Positions 38,213 through 48,701 are shown, counted from the first letter of the stretch. The stretch is DNA of 57,981 nt from Nitrospinota bacterium (GCA_038108555.1 JAYNIA010000008.1:33715-91695), one strand, 5' to 3'. A program made the numbers and translations. The notes: generated from the sequence alone by a model not told the origin.

Positions 38213-39361
38213 ATGAAGAAACGAGTTGTTATAGCGGGTGGTGGAACAGGTGGCCACCTTTATCCTGGAATCGCTCTGGCAAGAGCGCTCAAGAGGCATG
38301 ATATGGACATTGAAATTTCTTTTGTAGGCACCCAAAAAGGTCTCGAAGCAAAAGTATTGCCCCGCGAAGGATTCGATTTGAAAACAATTCTTTCAGCGGG
38401 TTTGCTCGGCAAAAAGAAAATTGCGCAATGGGTGTCCTGGTTCAAGCTTCCAATTGGGACAGCTCAGTCGATGTGCTTTTTAATCAGGAAACGCCCCGGT
38501 CTCGTTGTAGGTGTTGGAGGCTACGCCTCGGGACCGCTGGTCCTTTCTGCATGGATTCTTCGAATCCCCATTTTAATTCACGAGCAAAATTCCATCCCCG
38601 GGATGACAAATAAATGGTTGGGAAAAATTGCAGACAAAATCGCCGTTTCATTCAAAGAGTCATCCTCTTCCTTTCCCAAGGGAAAGGTGGAAGTAACGGG
38701 AAATATGATTCGCGAAGAATTTTGCCAACCCAAAGAGGATCTTCCTCCAAAACCTGAAGGTCCTTTCCGGGTATTGGTACTGGGAGGTAGTCAGGGGGCC
38801 CACTCAATTAACATGGCGATGGTTGATGCTTTAAAACTTCTTTCAGAGCATAAAGAAAATTTACATATTACTCACCAGACAGGAGAAACGGATTTCGAAA
38901 AGGTGAGCAAAGAGTATAAAGAGAATAATTTCCCCTCAGACGTGCGTCCATTTATTGATGATATGGGAGATCAATATAGAAAAGCATCCCTTGTAATTTG
39001 TCGAGCGGGTGCCACCACCCTGGCAGAAGTGACCGCGTGCGGGAAGATGTCTATCCTGATTCCTTTCCCTCATGCAGCACATAACCATCAGGAAAAAAAT
39101 GCGCGGGTTCTGGAAGCAGCCAACGCAGGGGAATTGGTTTTAGATGAAGAGCTCTCCGGACAACGTATTGCGAATTCTATTATTCAGGCCATGGCAGAAC
39201 CTGAACGTGTAGAAACCATGGAGGAAAATAGTTACAGACTGGGAAACAGGGATGCGACAGAAAAAGTAAGGCGTTTGTGCATGGAATTGCTGCAAGAAAC
39301 TTATCGCAAATCTGGAAATAAGAAAAAAATGCAAGGGAATTATGTTTTGTCATGTTTCTAG
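38213..39361 (+). CDS. murG: GlcNAc transferase MurG
   Basis: GGGTGGHLYP, HEQN, GGSQGA and RAGATT. Confidence 0.97.
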   Translation: MKKRVVIAGGGTGGHLYPGIALARALKRHDMDIEISFVGTQKGLEAKVLPREGFDLKTILSAGLLGKKKIAQWVSWFKLPIGTAQSMCFLIRKRPGLVVGVGGYASGPLVLSAWILRIPILIHEQNSIPGMTNKWLGKIADKIAVSFKESSSSFPKGKVEVTGNMIREEFCQPKEDLPPKPEGPFRVLVLGGSQGAHSINMAMVDALKLLSEHKENLHITHQTGETDFEKVSKEYKENNFPSDVRPFIDDMGDQYRKASLVICRAGATTLAEVTACGKMSILIPFPHAAHNHQEKNARVLEAANAGELVLDEELSGQRIANSIIQAMAEPERVETMEENSYRLGNRDATEKVRRLCMELLQETYRKSGNKKKMQGNYVLSCF

Positions 39362-40728
39362 GAAAAACACAACGGATTCATTTTATCGGAATCGGAGGCT
39401 CGGGAATGAGCGGAATCGCTGAAGTATTAATCAATCAGGACTATGAGGTCAGCGGTTCGGATCAGCGCAAATCATCTGTGACTGACCACCTGGAGTCTCT
39501 GGGGGCTGATATCCAGTTCAACCACCAATCCGAGAATGTGAAAGACAAGCATGTTGTTGTGGTTTCCAGCGCAATAAAAGAAAACAACCCGGAGGTGAAA
39601 GCTGCCCGTGAACAAATGATACCAGTAATCCCCCGGGCGGAGATGCTGGCCGAACTCATGCGGATGAAACACGGAATCGCTATTGCCGGCACGCATGGAA
39701 AAACAACCACGACTTCCCTGGTAGCAACAGTTTTAGCAGGAGGAAACCTGGACCCGACCGTAATCGTTGGAGGAAAGATTAAAAATATGGGCGGCCATGC
39801 AAAGCTGGGACAAAGCAAATTACTGGTTGCTGAAGCAGATGAGAGTGATGGATCGTTTTTAAAACTCTCTCCAACTCTTGCAGTGGTAACCACATTGGAT
39901 GAAGAGCATATGGATTATTACCAGGATATGGAACATATGAAGTCTGCCTTTCTGGAATTTCTTAACAAAGTTCCATTTTATGGAAGCGCAATTTTGTGCA
40001 TGGACGATCCAAATTTACAATCGCTACTTCCGAAAATAGAGAAAAGAACGGTTACCTATGGACTCAAAACACAAGCGGATTATACCGCCCGTGAGATTTC
40101 AGTAGAGGGGTTAAAGACAAACTTTACCGTCTTCCATCAGGGGAAAAAGCTTGGAAGAATTTCATCCAGCTCTTTAGGGAATCATAACGTCTGCAATACC
40201 CTGGCTGCAGTTGCGGCAGGCATGGAATTGAACATGGACTTTCCAGCAATTGCAAATTCCCTCAAAAGTTTTTCCGGGGTTCAACGGCGTTTTGAAATTC
40301 TTCAGCAATCAGACTCTTTGATCATTGTTGATGACTACGGGCACCATCCCGCAGAAATTCAGGCGACATTGGCAACGGCAAAAACCGTATGGCCGGAACG
40401 GCGATTGGTGGTGGTGTTCCAGCCTCACCGTTATTCAAGAACTCAACACCTGTTGGAAAGTTTTTATTCATCATTTAACGATGCAGACAAATTAATTCTT
40501 TTAGATATTTACGCAGCAGGAGAAAAACCTATCGATGGAATTCATTCCCGGAAAATGGCACAGGGAATTCGAGAGTTTGGACATAAGAATGTGGACCATG
40601 TTGAAAATATAGAGGACGTAATTCCGCACTTAAAAAATTCCCTGCAACCCGGAGATGTTGTTTTAACTCTGGGAGCAGGAAATATCGGGGAATTGGCGCA
40701 TAAGCTTACCGCCCAATTCCATGATTGA
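39352..40728 (+). CDS. murC: UDP-MurNAc--L-Ala ligase
   Basis: GIGGSGMS, GTHGKTTT, EADESD and DDYGHHP. Confidence 0.97.
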   Translation: MFLGKTQRIHFIGIGGSGMSGIAEVLINQDYEVSGSDQRKSSVTDHLESLGADIQFNHQSENVKDKHVVVVSSAIKENNPEVKAAREQMIPVIPRAEMLAELMRMKHGIAIAGTHGKTTTTSLVATVLAGGNLDPTVIVGGKIKNMGGHAKLGQSKLLVAEADESDGSFLKLSPTLAVVTTLDEEHMDYYQDMEHMKSAFLEFLNKVPFYGSAILCMDDPNLQSLLPKIEKRTVTYGLKTQADYTAREISVEGLKTNFTVFHQGKKLGRISSSSLGNHNVCNTLAAVAAGMELNMDFPAIANSLKSFSGVQRRFEILQQSDSLIIVDDYGHHPAEIQATLATAKTVWPERRLVVVFQPHRYSRTQHLLESFYSSFNDADKLILLDIYAAGEKPIDGIHSRKMAQGIREFGHKNVDHVENIEDVIPHLKNSLQPGDVVLTLGAGNIGELAHKLTAQFHD

Positions 40729-40889
40729 TAGCCCCAAAACAGAGAGGACTTTCATATATGTTGAACGAAGCATGGAAACGGAGATTGATTCATATTGCGC
40801 ATTCCGGGTCAGGAAAAGAGTTTAATCTCAAAACCCGAATGGCGTTTCCGAAAACCGTTCTGGGACAAAAAATTCATCAGAGTAAAACT

Positions 40890-41813
40890 ATGAGCCATAC
40901 ATTCCCCTGGTTACACAAGATAAAAGGCAAGGTCTTGCATGACGAGTTACTTGCAAACCACACCTCCATTCAAATAGGTGGCCCTGCAGATGTATTAATT
41001 TTCCCCGAAGATACTCAGGACATCCAAACCATCCTGAAAAACAGAGGGAAAACCCCCATATATATTCTGGGTGAAGGAACCAACTTACTGGTGAGCGATC
41101 GTGGAATTAGAGGGATAGTTATATCTTTAAAAGATTGTTTCAAGGAAATCAAGCGACCACTATTCTTTAAAAAGGAAGAACACGAAAGACGTGCTGTCAT
41201 CAAGGTAGGCGCAGGAGCCAAGATGTCTTATCTGGCAAAACATGCCGCACGATTTTCGTTAACAGGCATTGAGCATCTTGTCGGCATTCCGGGTTCTCTA
41301 GGCGGAGCCATCTTTATGAATGCCGGGGCGGAAGGTACTGAGATCGGGTCCGTACTTAGAAGTGTCACGCGAATTACACGGAATGGAGAAATCGAGACAC
41401 TTAAACGCGAAGACCTCAAATTTGAATACAGAAAAACCGTGTTCCCAGATGAAGCTGGAATTCTTATTGAAGCAGAAATAGAACTGAAGGAAGGAGATCG
41501 TTCAGAAATTATGGGGACGATGGACCGTCATCTTTCCAGAAGATCACAAACGCAACCCCTCACCATCCCCAATTCAGGTTCTATTTTCAAAAATCCTGAG
41601 GGAGACGCAGCAGGGCGGATAATCGAAGAACTCGGTCTCAAGGGGCATTCTATTGGCAAAGCCGGAGTCTCTATTAAGCATGCAAATTTTATTGTCAACA
41701 AGGGTGGGGCCACAGCTAAAGACGTAATTGAATTGATCAAGCATATTCAAAAAGAGGTGAAAGAAAAAACCGAAATAGACCTGCAGACTGAAATCGTAAT
41801 CATTGGAGATTAG
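40890..41813 (+). CDS. murB: UDP-N-acetylenolpyruvoylglucosamine reductase
   Basis: IGGPAD, GIPGSLGGAIFMNAG, SGSIFKNP and HANFIVN. ORF is open from 40725. Confidence 0.95.
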   Translation: MSHTFPWLHKIKGKVLHDELLANHTSIQIGGPADVLIFPEDTQDIQTILKNRGKTPIYILGEGTNLLVSDRGIRGIVISLKDCFKEIKRPLFFKKEEHERRAVIKVGAGAKMSYLAKHAARFSLTGIEHLVGIPGSLGGAIFMNAGAEGTEIGSVLRSVTRITRNGEIETLKREDLKFEYRKTVFPDEAGILIEAEIELKEGDRSEIMGTMDRHLSRRSQTQPLTIPNSGSIFKNPEGDAAGRIIEELGLKGHSIGKAGVSIKHANFIVNKGGATAKDVIELIKHIQKEVKEKTEIDLQTEIVIIGD

Positions 41814-41830
41814 TCAGGAGGAAGTTTATA

Positions 41831-41899
41831 AGATCCGCGCAAAGGTACCCCCTCCTTCCTTTGCTCCCGGCCCTTTTGGCCAAGGGCCGGGGCGGATCT
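41831..41899. other. GC-rich three-way-junction structured element between murB and ddl
   Basis: AGATCCGC/GCGGATCT closing stem enclosing GCAAAGG/CCTTTGC and CCCGGCCCTT/AAGGGCCGGG hairpins. Confidence 0.65.
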
Positions 41900-41923
41900 G
41901 AAATTTAAAAAGTTGGTATTTTT

Positions 41924-42841
41924 TTGAAAAATATTGAAGAAAAAAATATAGGTGTCTTAATGGGTGGCTTGTCATCAGAGCGAGAGGTTTCTCTCTCAAC
42001 CGGAAATTCAGTGGTCGAAGCAATGACCCGGAAAGGGCTGAAAGTCTTTCCAATCGACGTCGGTCGAAATGTTGCTGACAAACTGAAAGGAATTGACGTG
42101 GCCTTCAATGCCCTGCACGGAACCTACGGTGAAGATGGTTGCATTCAAGGACTCCTGGAATATTTAAAAATACCTTACACGGGATCAGGTGTCGCAGGGA
42201 GCGCCATTGCATATGACAAATTAAAGACCAAAGAAATCTTCAAACAACATGGAATACCGACAGCGGATTATGAAGTCTATTACCAAAACCAAACCATAGA
42301 ACGAAAAATGGATTTACCTGTTGTGGTCAAACCTACCAATCAAGGATCCAGCTTTGGAGTCAGCATTGTCGAAAAAGAGGATCAATGGGAACCCGCTTTG
42401 AAACACGCTTTCAGTTTTTCAGAAGAAATTATCGTGGAAAAGTATATCGAAGGGAAATTATTGGCGGTTGGAATGAACGGGGAAAATCCCATGCCGATTG
42501 TTCACATCCGACCCAAATCGGGTTTTTATGATTATGAAGCCAAATATACCTCCGGAAAAACGGAATATATTTGCCCAGCAGAATTGAGTGAGAAAGAAAA
42601 AAACGTATGCAACGAAGTGGCGAGAAAAGCATTTAAAGTATTGCGAGGACGAGGACTGCCACGGGTAGATATTATCCTAGATGCTGAGGGAACCCCGTTT
42701 GTCCTTGAAATGAATACAGTCCCTGGAATGACCCCCACCAGTCTCTTGCCAATGGCAGCAGAAAAAATCGGGATGAGTTTTGAGGATCTGGTTATGGAAA
42801 TTTTAAAAACAGCCCAATTGGATTACGGAGCCTCATCATGA
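41924..42841 (+). CDS. ddl: D-alanine--D-alanine ligase
   Basis: GGLSSEREVS, LHGTYGEDG, YDYEAKY and EMNTVPGMT. Confidence 0.97.
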   Translation: MKNIEEKNIGVLMGGLSSEREVSLSTGNSVVEAMTRKGLKVFPIDVGRNVADKLKGIDVAFNALHGTYGEDGCIQGLLEYLKIPYTGSGVAGSAIAYDKLKTKEIFKQHGIPTADYEVYYQNQTIERKMDLPVVVKPTNQGSSFGVSIVEKEDQWEPALKHAFSFSEEIIVEKYIEGKLLAVGMNGENPMPIVHIRPKSGFYDYEAKYTSGKTEYICPAELSEKEKNVCNEVARKAFKVLRGRGLPRVDIILDAEGTPFVLEMNTVPGMTPTSLLPMAAEKIGMSFEDLVMEILKTAQLDYGASS

Positions 42842-43734
42842 GCTTTGCAATTGCCAGACAGAAAGGGTCGGCTTCTACATGGGACAACCTTCGTTCTGAA
42901 AGAAGCAAAAAGCAAAAGCGCGGGAATACATTAAGGAATAAGAACCCTAACAAGTCAAGATTAGGAACATGGGCCGGAACCCTGGTAGAACTCGCATCAA
43001 AACTTTTTCTTGCGGGGGTCATCGGATATCTTTTTTTTGCCGGATATAACTTTTTGATCTCAACACCTAAATTCCAGATCCAGGATATCTCATTTAGTGG
43101 AAACCACGAATTGAATAACTCGCAAATTCTAGAATGGTTAGGCCCGGTTGAAGGAGTAAATTTGTTCGCAATTGATCTAGTCGAAATGACCCGGAAACTT
43201 TCAGAGCATCCCTGGGTACAAACGGCATCCATCCAACGAGTATTTCCTCAAGGATTGAAGATTGAACTAACAGAAAGAGTGCCCTATGCACGGATTAAAA
43301 AAGACGAAATTCTTTTAATGGATAATTTTGGAAACATCTTGTCACCAGAAAAGCCCGAATACAGACACCTGCCATTAATCATTTTGCATGACAACAAAGA
43401 AAAAGAGTTAATGAGCGGGAAAGTATTGCACAGCCTTAAAACGATGCATTATTTCAACAAGCTTTCATTCTTCGAAAAAAATCCTTTGGATACAGCAAAA
43501 CTGATAGGCCATTCCCGAGTATTGTTCATTTCCAAAAACAAAGATCTTCAAATTCAAATGGCAATGGACGAATTAAACGAGGGTTTCAAGAATTTCATGA
43601 TTATTTTAGATTCACTCGAGGAAGAAAATTTAAAAACCCAGATGATTGATCTGTCTTTTAAAAACCAGGTTGTCATCCGGGAAAGATTAAAACCAAATTC
43701 AACATTAGTATCGACAACGAGTCAAACCAACTAG
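42838..43734 (+). CDS. ftsQ: Cell division protein FtsQ
   Basis: Basic N-tail, single TM and POTRA (HPWVQTASIQRVFP); position before ftsA. Confidence 0.9.
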   Translation: MSFAIARQKGSASTWDNLRSERSKKQKRGNTLRNKNPNKSRLGTWAGTLVELASKLFLAGVIGYLFFAGYNFLISTPKFQIQDISFSGNHELNNSQILEWLGPVEGVNLFAIDLVEMTRKLSEHPWVQTASIQRVFPQGLKIELTERVPYARIKKDEILLMDNFGNILSPEKPEYRHLPLIILHDNKEKELMSGKVLHSLKTMHYFNKLSFFEKNPLDTAKLIGHSRVLFISKNKDLQIQMAMDELNEGFKNFMIILDSLEEENLKTQMIDLSFKNQVVIRERLKPNSTLVSTTSQTN

Positions 43735-43749
43735 AAGGGGATAGGACGT

Positions 43750-44982
43750 ATGTCCAAAAAAAGTAATTACATTGTCGGTTTAGATATTGGGACCACAAAA
43801 ATCTGCTGCATCATTGGAGAAATTATCGATGATGAAAAGATAGATATTATTGGTCTCGGTCAGTATCCATCAAAAGGCCTTAGAAAGGGGGTCGTGGTCA
43901 ATATAGACAGCACGGTCGAGTCTATTAAAAATGCCGTCGAGGAAGCCGAACTCATGGCCGGTTGTGAAATTGATTCGGTTTATGTCGGTATTGCCGGGGG
44001 CCACATCAACAGTCTTAACAGTCACGGAATCATTGCAGCAAAAGGCCGGGAAATCACCCAAAAAGATGTCGAAAGAGTGATTGAAGCGGCCAAGGCCATT
44101 GCGATTCCCCTCGACCGCGAGGTGATCCACGTCCTTCCTCAAGAATATATCGTTGATAATCAGGATGGGATAAAAACTCCCCTCGGAATGGCTGGAGTAC
44201 GGCTTGAGGCAAAAGTTCATATCGTTACTGCAGCGGTGACCTCGGCTCAAAACATTGTCAAATGCGTAAACAAAGCAGGGCTGGGGGTCTCCGATATTGT
44301 TTTGGAACAACTTGCTTCCAGCGAATCAGTCTTATCGCAGGATGAGAGAGAATTGGGCGTGGCTATGGTAGACATCGGCGGTGGTACTTCCGATCTCGCA
44401 ATTTTTTATCAGGGGTCTATTAAGCACACTTCTGTTTTGACGATCGCAGGGGCCCAGATGACAAACGATATTGCTATCGGGCTACGCACCCCAAATGCCG
44501 AGGCGGAAAAAATCAAACACTCCTTCGGTTGCGCTTACTCTCCCCTCATTGCAGAAGGCGACATTATAGAAGTCCCCAGTGTAGGAGGAAGGGAAGCAAG
44601 AACAGTTCCAAGGCAGATTTTAAGCGAAATTATCGAAGCACGAACCCGAGAAATGTTTGAATTGCTGGATCATGAAATAAGCGAATCAGGTTATCGGGAA
44701 ATTATTTCTTCGGGAATTGTTCTAACTGGTGGCGCTGCAAGCATGCAGGGAATGGCAGAGTTGGCTGAAGATGTTTTTCAATCACCAGTAAGAGTCGGAA
44801 CACCTCTTGGACTCGGCGGACTGATTGATGTAGTTAACAACCCCATGTATGCCACGAGCACAGGCTTGATCCAATATGGATCAAAAAGAGTAAAAACCGG
44901 GCCGGTGCGGGAACTTCAGGGAAGAAACCTATTCGACAAAATATTTTCACGTATGAAAGATTGGGCAGACGAATTTTTTTAA
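43750..44982 (+). CDS. ftsA: Cell division protein FtsA
   Basis: GLDIGTTKI, DIGGGT, LTGG and a C-terminal amphipathic helix. Confidence 0.98.
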   Translation: MSKKSNYIVGLDIGTTKICCIIGEIIDDEKIDIIGLGQYPSKGLRKGVVVNIDSTVESIKNAVEEAELMAGCEIDSVYVGIAGGHINSLNSHGIIAAKGREITQKDVERVIEAAKAIAIPLDREVIHVLPQEYIVDNQDGIKTPLGMAGVRLEAKVHIVTAAVTSAQNIVKCVNKAGLGVSDIVLEQLASSESVLSQDERELGVAMVDIGGGTSDLAIFYQGSIKHTSVLTIAGAQMTNDIAIGLRTPNAEAEKIKHSFGCAYSPLIAEGDIIEVPSVGGREARTVPRQILSEIIEARTREMFELLDHEISESGYREIISSGIVLTGGAASMQGMAELAEDVFQSPVRVGTPLGLGGLIDVVNNPMYATSTGLIQYGSKRVKTGPVRELQGRNLFDKIFSRMKDWADEFF

Positions 44983-44997
44983 AAAATGGAGGACAAC

Positions 44998-46158
44998 ATG
45001 AGCTTAATAGAGTTTGAAAATGAAAATGATTACACAGCAACCATAAAGGTTGTTGGGGTAGGTGGCGGAGGCACCAACGCCATTAACTCCATGGTGCGTG
45101 ATAACCTTCGCGGCGTAGAATTTATGATCGCCAATACGGATTTACAGTCCCTGGAAAAATCAGAGTGCCCAGGGAAAATCCAAATTGGAGGAGAATTAAC
45201 CCGTGGGCTGGGGGCGGGTTCCAACCCGGAAACGGGAAGAAATGCCGCTGAAGAAAGCGAAACCATCATTCGAGATATGCTGGAAGGCGCGGACATGGTT
45301 TTTATCACTGCGGGAATGGGTGGTGGAACAGGAACTGGTGCGGCTCCCGTCATTTCCAGAATCGCAAAAGAGACCGGTGCACTCACGGTTGGAGTGGTTA
45401 CCAAACCTTTCGCATTTGAAGGGAAAAGAAGAATGCGACAGGCTGAAGAAGGCATTATGGAATTGAAAGAAGCCGTTGACACTTTGATTGTAATCCCCAA
45501 TCAAAAGTTGTTGAGCTATGTTGGAAAACAAACCTCTTTCACCAGTGCTTTTTCCATGGTGGATGACATTCTTAAACAGGCTGTTTGCAGCATTTCCGAC
45601 TTGATCGTTATCCCTGGGCTCATCAATCTCGACTTTGCCGATGTAAAATGCATCATGGGAAGTATGGGCAAAGCGCTTATGGGAAGTGGAACGGCTACGG
45701 GAGAAAACAGAGCCGTGGAAGCAGCTCAAAAGGCAATCTCCAGTCCCCTACTGGATGAAGCAACTGTGGATGGCGCTCAAGGCATCCTGATCAACATCAC
45801 TGGCGGAGAAGATTTGACACTTATGGAAATCAATGAAGCCTCAATGATGATACAGAAAAATGCACATGACGATGCTCATATAATTTTTGGAGCCGTTATC
45901 GACCACAAAATGGAAGGCGACATGCGTGTGACGGTGATAGCGACAGGATTCGAGGAGGCAGCGGCTTCACCTGTGGAAGAAAGACCTGCATTGAAAAAAG
46001 TAGTGGGAGGAGATCCACATATGGAAAGCGATGAATCTTCATCTTCTTACAAACACCTTAAAACCCTTGCATCATCTATTAAGGAAGAAAACCAGGACCC
46101 GGGAAATTTAAATGCAAATTTTGATATCCCGACTTTTTTACGAAAACATGCAGATTAA
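44998..46158 (+). CDS. ftsZ: Cell division protein FtsZ
   Basis: GGGTGTG signature, NLDFADV and C-terminal DIPTFLR; GGAGG before ATG 44998. Confidence 0.98.
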   Translation: MSLIEFENENDYTATIKVVGVGGGGTNAINSMVRDNLRGVEFMIANTDLQSLEKSECPGKIQIGGELTRGLGAGSNPETGRNAAEESETIIRDMLEGADMVFITAGMGGGTGTGAAPVISRIAKETGALTVGVVTKPFAFEGKRRMRQAEEGIMELKEAVDTLIVIPNQKLLSYVGKQTSFTSAFSMVDDILKQAVCSISDLIVIPGLINLDFADVKCIMGSMGKALMGSGTATGENRAVEAAQKAISSPLLDEATVDGAQGILINITGGEDLTLMEINEASMMIQKNAHDDAHIIFGAVIDHKMEGDMRVTVIATGFEEAAASPVEERPALKKVVGGDPHMESDESSSSYKHLKTLASSIKEENQDPGNLNANFDIPTFLRKHAD

Positions 46159-46179
46159 TTTCCACCCAAACGGTTAAAT

Positions 46180-46195
46180 GGCGGGGCAACCCGCC
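46180..46195. terminator. Hairpin after ftsZ, possible terminator between convergent genes
   Basis: GGCGGG-GCAA-CCCGCC; weak U-tracts. Confidence 0.45.
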
Positions 46196-46232
46196 GCCGT
46201 TGGAGTGGTTTATTGTTTTCTTAAATGAAAAT

Positions 46233-47027
46233 TTAACTATTTAATCCCCAGTTATAATCCATGTAAGAAACTTTTATTCCTGGTCGTTTTAAATTTTTCG
46301 CCACCTCAGGAGGAACATAATTACCAATAAATTTCAACACCCCTCCCCTAGTCTCAAAGTCTTCTTCAAACCATTTGAAAATTGAAGAAAGATAAACCCG
46401 GTTTCTTTTCCTGTCCAACCTCAATCCTTTTTCAGAGGATTTTAAAAAACTTTTCATTTGATCGTCCAATTGATCATTCAAGCTATCCGCCGTAAAAGCT
46501 TCCAATCTAAGATCTGGGCAACTGACAGAAGCACAAACAATTGCTACATGGATCCTCGGCTCATCCATCTTCCTTAAAATCTCATGTTCTATTTCGTTAA
46601 GAGTTCTTTCCTTCCCAGCAACAAAACCAGCAGGCTTTTTCCAAACACGCGTGAATATACTACCTGCGTCCTTAATACTTTTTAATGGATAATTGTCTGT
46701 CACCATCTTTGCTGCAAGAATATTATAGGTGTTAATCCAGAATGCTAACTTTTCATCCCTGCTTTTTAAAGAATCAAGCCGAACAGAATTTAAACGCGCG
46801 GCCAATTTTTTAAATCCCTGATCATTTTTTAGTCTTTTATAATCCACCGCATTAATCAAAATGCCATCCACTTTTTTTGGCTTCGCATATTTTTTTATCA
46901 GGGAATCCCAGCCTGAAAAATCAAAAGCGGCTGCAGGCATTTCCCCCAGAAAAACTATCAGAAAAGTCAGGAATAATACTCTGGCCATCCCCCTGGCCCA
47001 ACCCCTATTATTTTTTTCTTTCTGCAT
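46233..47027 (-). CDS. DUF547 domain protein, likely exported
   Basis: LAFWINTYN, LNEIEHEILR, PRIHVAIVCASVSCP and YNWGLN. Confidence 0.88.
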   Translation of the reverse strand: MQKEKNNRGWARGMARVLFLTFLIVFLGEMPAAAFDFSGWDSLIKKYAKPKKVDGILINAVDYKRLKNDQGFKKLAARLNSVRLDSLKSRDEKLAFWINTYNILAAKMVTDNYPLKSIKDAGSIFTRVWKKPAGFVAGKERTLNEIEHEILRKMDEPRIHVAIVCASVSCPDLRLEAFTADSLNDQLDDQMKSFLKSSEKGLRLDRKRNRVYLSSIFKWFEEDFETRGGVLKFIGNYVPPEVAKNLKRPGIKVSYMDYNWGLNS

Positions 47028-47160
47028 ATTTTTATACTTTCATTAATCCTTAAAATTATTTTAACCTGATATTTAGTATTTCCAGGACGGTTTTCCTTAC
47101 AATTTAATACAGCATATAATATCCTATGAGGCTTAAATTGTACTCTTGGGAATTTGACAA

Positions 47161-48033
47161 TTGAATAAAAGCAAAAAACTAAATTTAGATACCCTGAAAG
47201 ATTTTCTATTTGTTTCAGATCTCGATGGAACCTTGCTAATGCCAAATGGGACCCTTCCCGAAGAATCAAAGTCTCGTTTAAATCGCCTCATTGAAAAGGG
47301 GATGCAATTTACCATTGCAACCGCCCGAAACTATGATTCCGCCCATCCCATATTAAAGGGATTGGACATTAAATTTCCCGTCGTTTTATTCAACGGGGTT
47401 TATTTGGCTAATTTTCATACCGGGGAAATATTAGAACATACTGAATTCATTGACAAAGTCGTTGTAACCAGCATGCTTGAGCTGGCAAAGGCCAACAACA
47501 TAGAACCCTTTATCTACACCTTTGGAAAAGAGCATCAGGTTTATTACCGAAACGCTTTCAATGCAGGTTCAATTGCATATCTGAACAGTTTGGAAAAAGA
47601 TGGACGCGTAAAACAGGTTTCCGAGTTTTCTTTTCAGGAAGGAGAAAATATTTCTGGATTTTTGCTGATTGGAACACGTGAGGATCTACAGCCGATCCAC
47701 CAAGCCCTGGAAGAAAAACATTTTGACCATCTAAACATATATTTTGCAGAAGACGTTTCAATGAAAGGGTTTTATTGGCTTCAATCTTTTCATCAGCAGG
47801 CGAACAAAGGAAATATGTTAGAAAAGCTGGTGAAGTGGCTCAATTTTCCCATGAGCAAAACCCTGGTTTTTGGAGATTATCTCAATGACCTGGACATGTT
47901 CAAGGTTGCAGGATATTCAGTCGCAATGGAAAATGCCCTGCCCGAAGTAAAAAGTTCTGCAAATCAAATAATTGGGCACAACAGCCAGGGAGCGGTACTC
48001 GATTTTCTGGAGTCCATCTGGAAAAATCCTTAA
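47161..48033 (+). CDS. Cof-type HAD-IIB phosphatase
   Basis: SDLDGTLL, ATAR, NKG and FGDYLNDLDM. Confidence 0.92.
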   Translation: MNKSKKLNLDTLKDFLFVSDLDGTLLMPNGTLPEESKSRLNRLIEKGMQFTIATARNYDSAHPILKGLDIKFPVVLFNGVYLANFHTGEILEHTEFIDKVVVTSMLELAKANNIEPFIYTFGKEHQVYYRNAFNAGSIAYLNSLEKDGRVKQVSEFSFQEGENISGFLLIGTREDLQPIHQALEEKHFDHLNIYFAEDVSMKGFYWLQSFHQQANKGNMLEKLVKWLNFPMSKTLVFGDYLNDLDMFKVAGYSVAMENALPEVKSSANQIIGHNSQGAVLDFLESIWKNP

Positions 48034-48099
48034 ACTTTTGCAAAATGAACAAAAAAAATAAGTATAATAAAAACCTCAAATAATCTTTTTCCAAAAACA

Positions 48100-48678
48100 A
48101 TGGCTGAGCAACCCAAAGAACCTGAAAAAACTATATATCAGAGGGATAAAACAGCAAAGGAGCCCAAAGTTGCTGGTGATGCACCCAAACCCCCGGCAAA
48201 GCCGAAACCAAAGATAAAAAAGGTATTCGTACCTAAAAAAGCTACTTTCACAACGGATAAACCCATGGAACACCGGGTGAGAAATATCCGGCTGACCACT
48301 TTGGAATCGGCAAAAATGATTTGGGATATCCTAATCGACTTTCAGAACGATCTTGCTAAAGCCGAAATGGACGATCCCGACAAGCCTTTTCATGACTGGG
48401 AAAAAGTTGAGAAGTTTTTTGTCCGCCTCGCCAAAAAATACAGTGTGTGCCAGAGCAAAAAACTTGGTGGAGACTTAGGCTGGGTTTATCGTGGAATGAC
48501 CCTTCCAGATCAAATTATCACCAAGGATCTGGTAGAAGAAATAATGGGCTTGGAAAAATTTATCATTCCAGACCCCATAAAAAGCAATTTAGGCTTTCAT
48601 ATTCTTATGGTGTGTGAAAGTCAAATACATACCCCAAAGGAAAAGCCTCCAGAAAAGGAAAGTCGGCCCCTGTTTTAA
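48100..48678 (+). CDS. Parvulin-type peptidyl-prolyl isomerase domain protein
   Basis: FVRLAKKYSVCQSKKLGGDLGW and PIKSNLGFHIL. Confidence 0.8.
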   Translation: MAEQPKEPEKTIYQRDKTAKEPKVAGDAPKPPAKPKPKIKKVFVPKKATFTTDKPMEHRVRNIRLTTLESAKMIWDILIDFQNDLAKAEMDDPDKPFHDWEKVEKFFVRLAKKYSVCQSKKLGGDLGWVYRGMTLPDQIITKDLVEEIMGLEKFIIPDPIKSNLGFHILMVCESQIHTPKEKPPEKESRPLF

Positions 48679-48701
48679 CCACTCGCCCCTTTTTCAAAAA
48701 T

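Noticed and set aside
37080..38213. 377-aa same-strand ORF overlapping ftsW
   Set aside because: Stops in this frame need AAN, AGN or GAN codons after a T, which are scarce in a hydrophobic membrane gene. The AGGA spacing fits the ftsW TTG.
40800..40825. SRP RNA (GGGTCAGG)
   Set aside because: The conserved CCGGAAGGAAGCAG continuation is missing.
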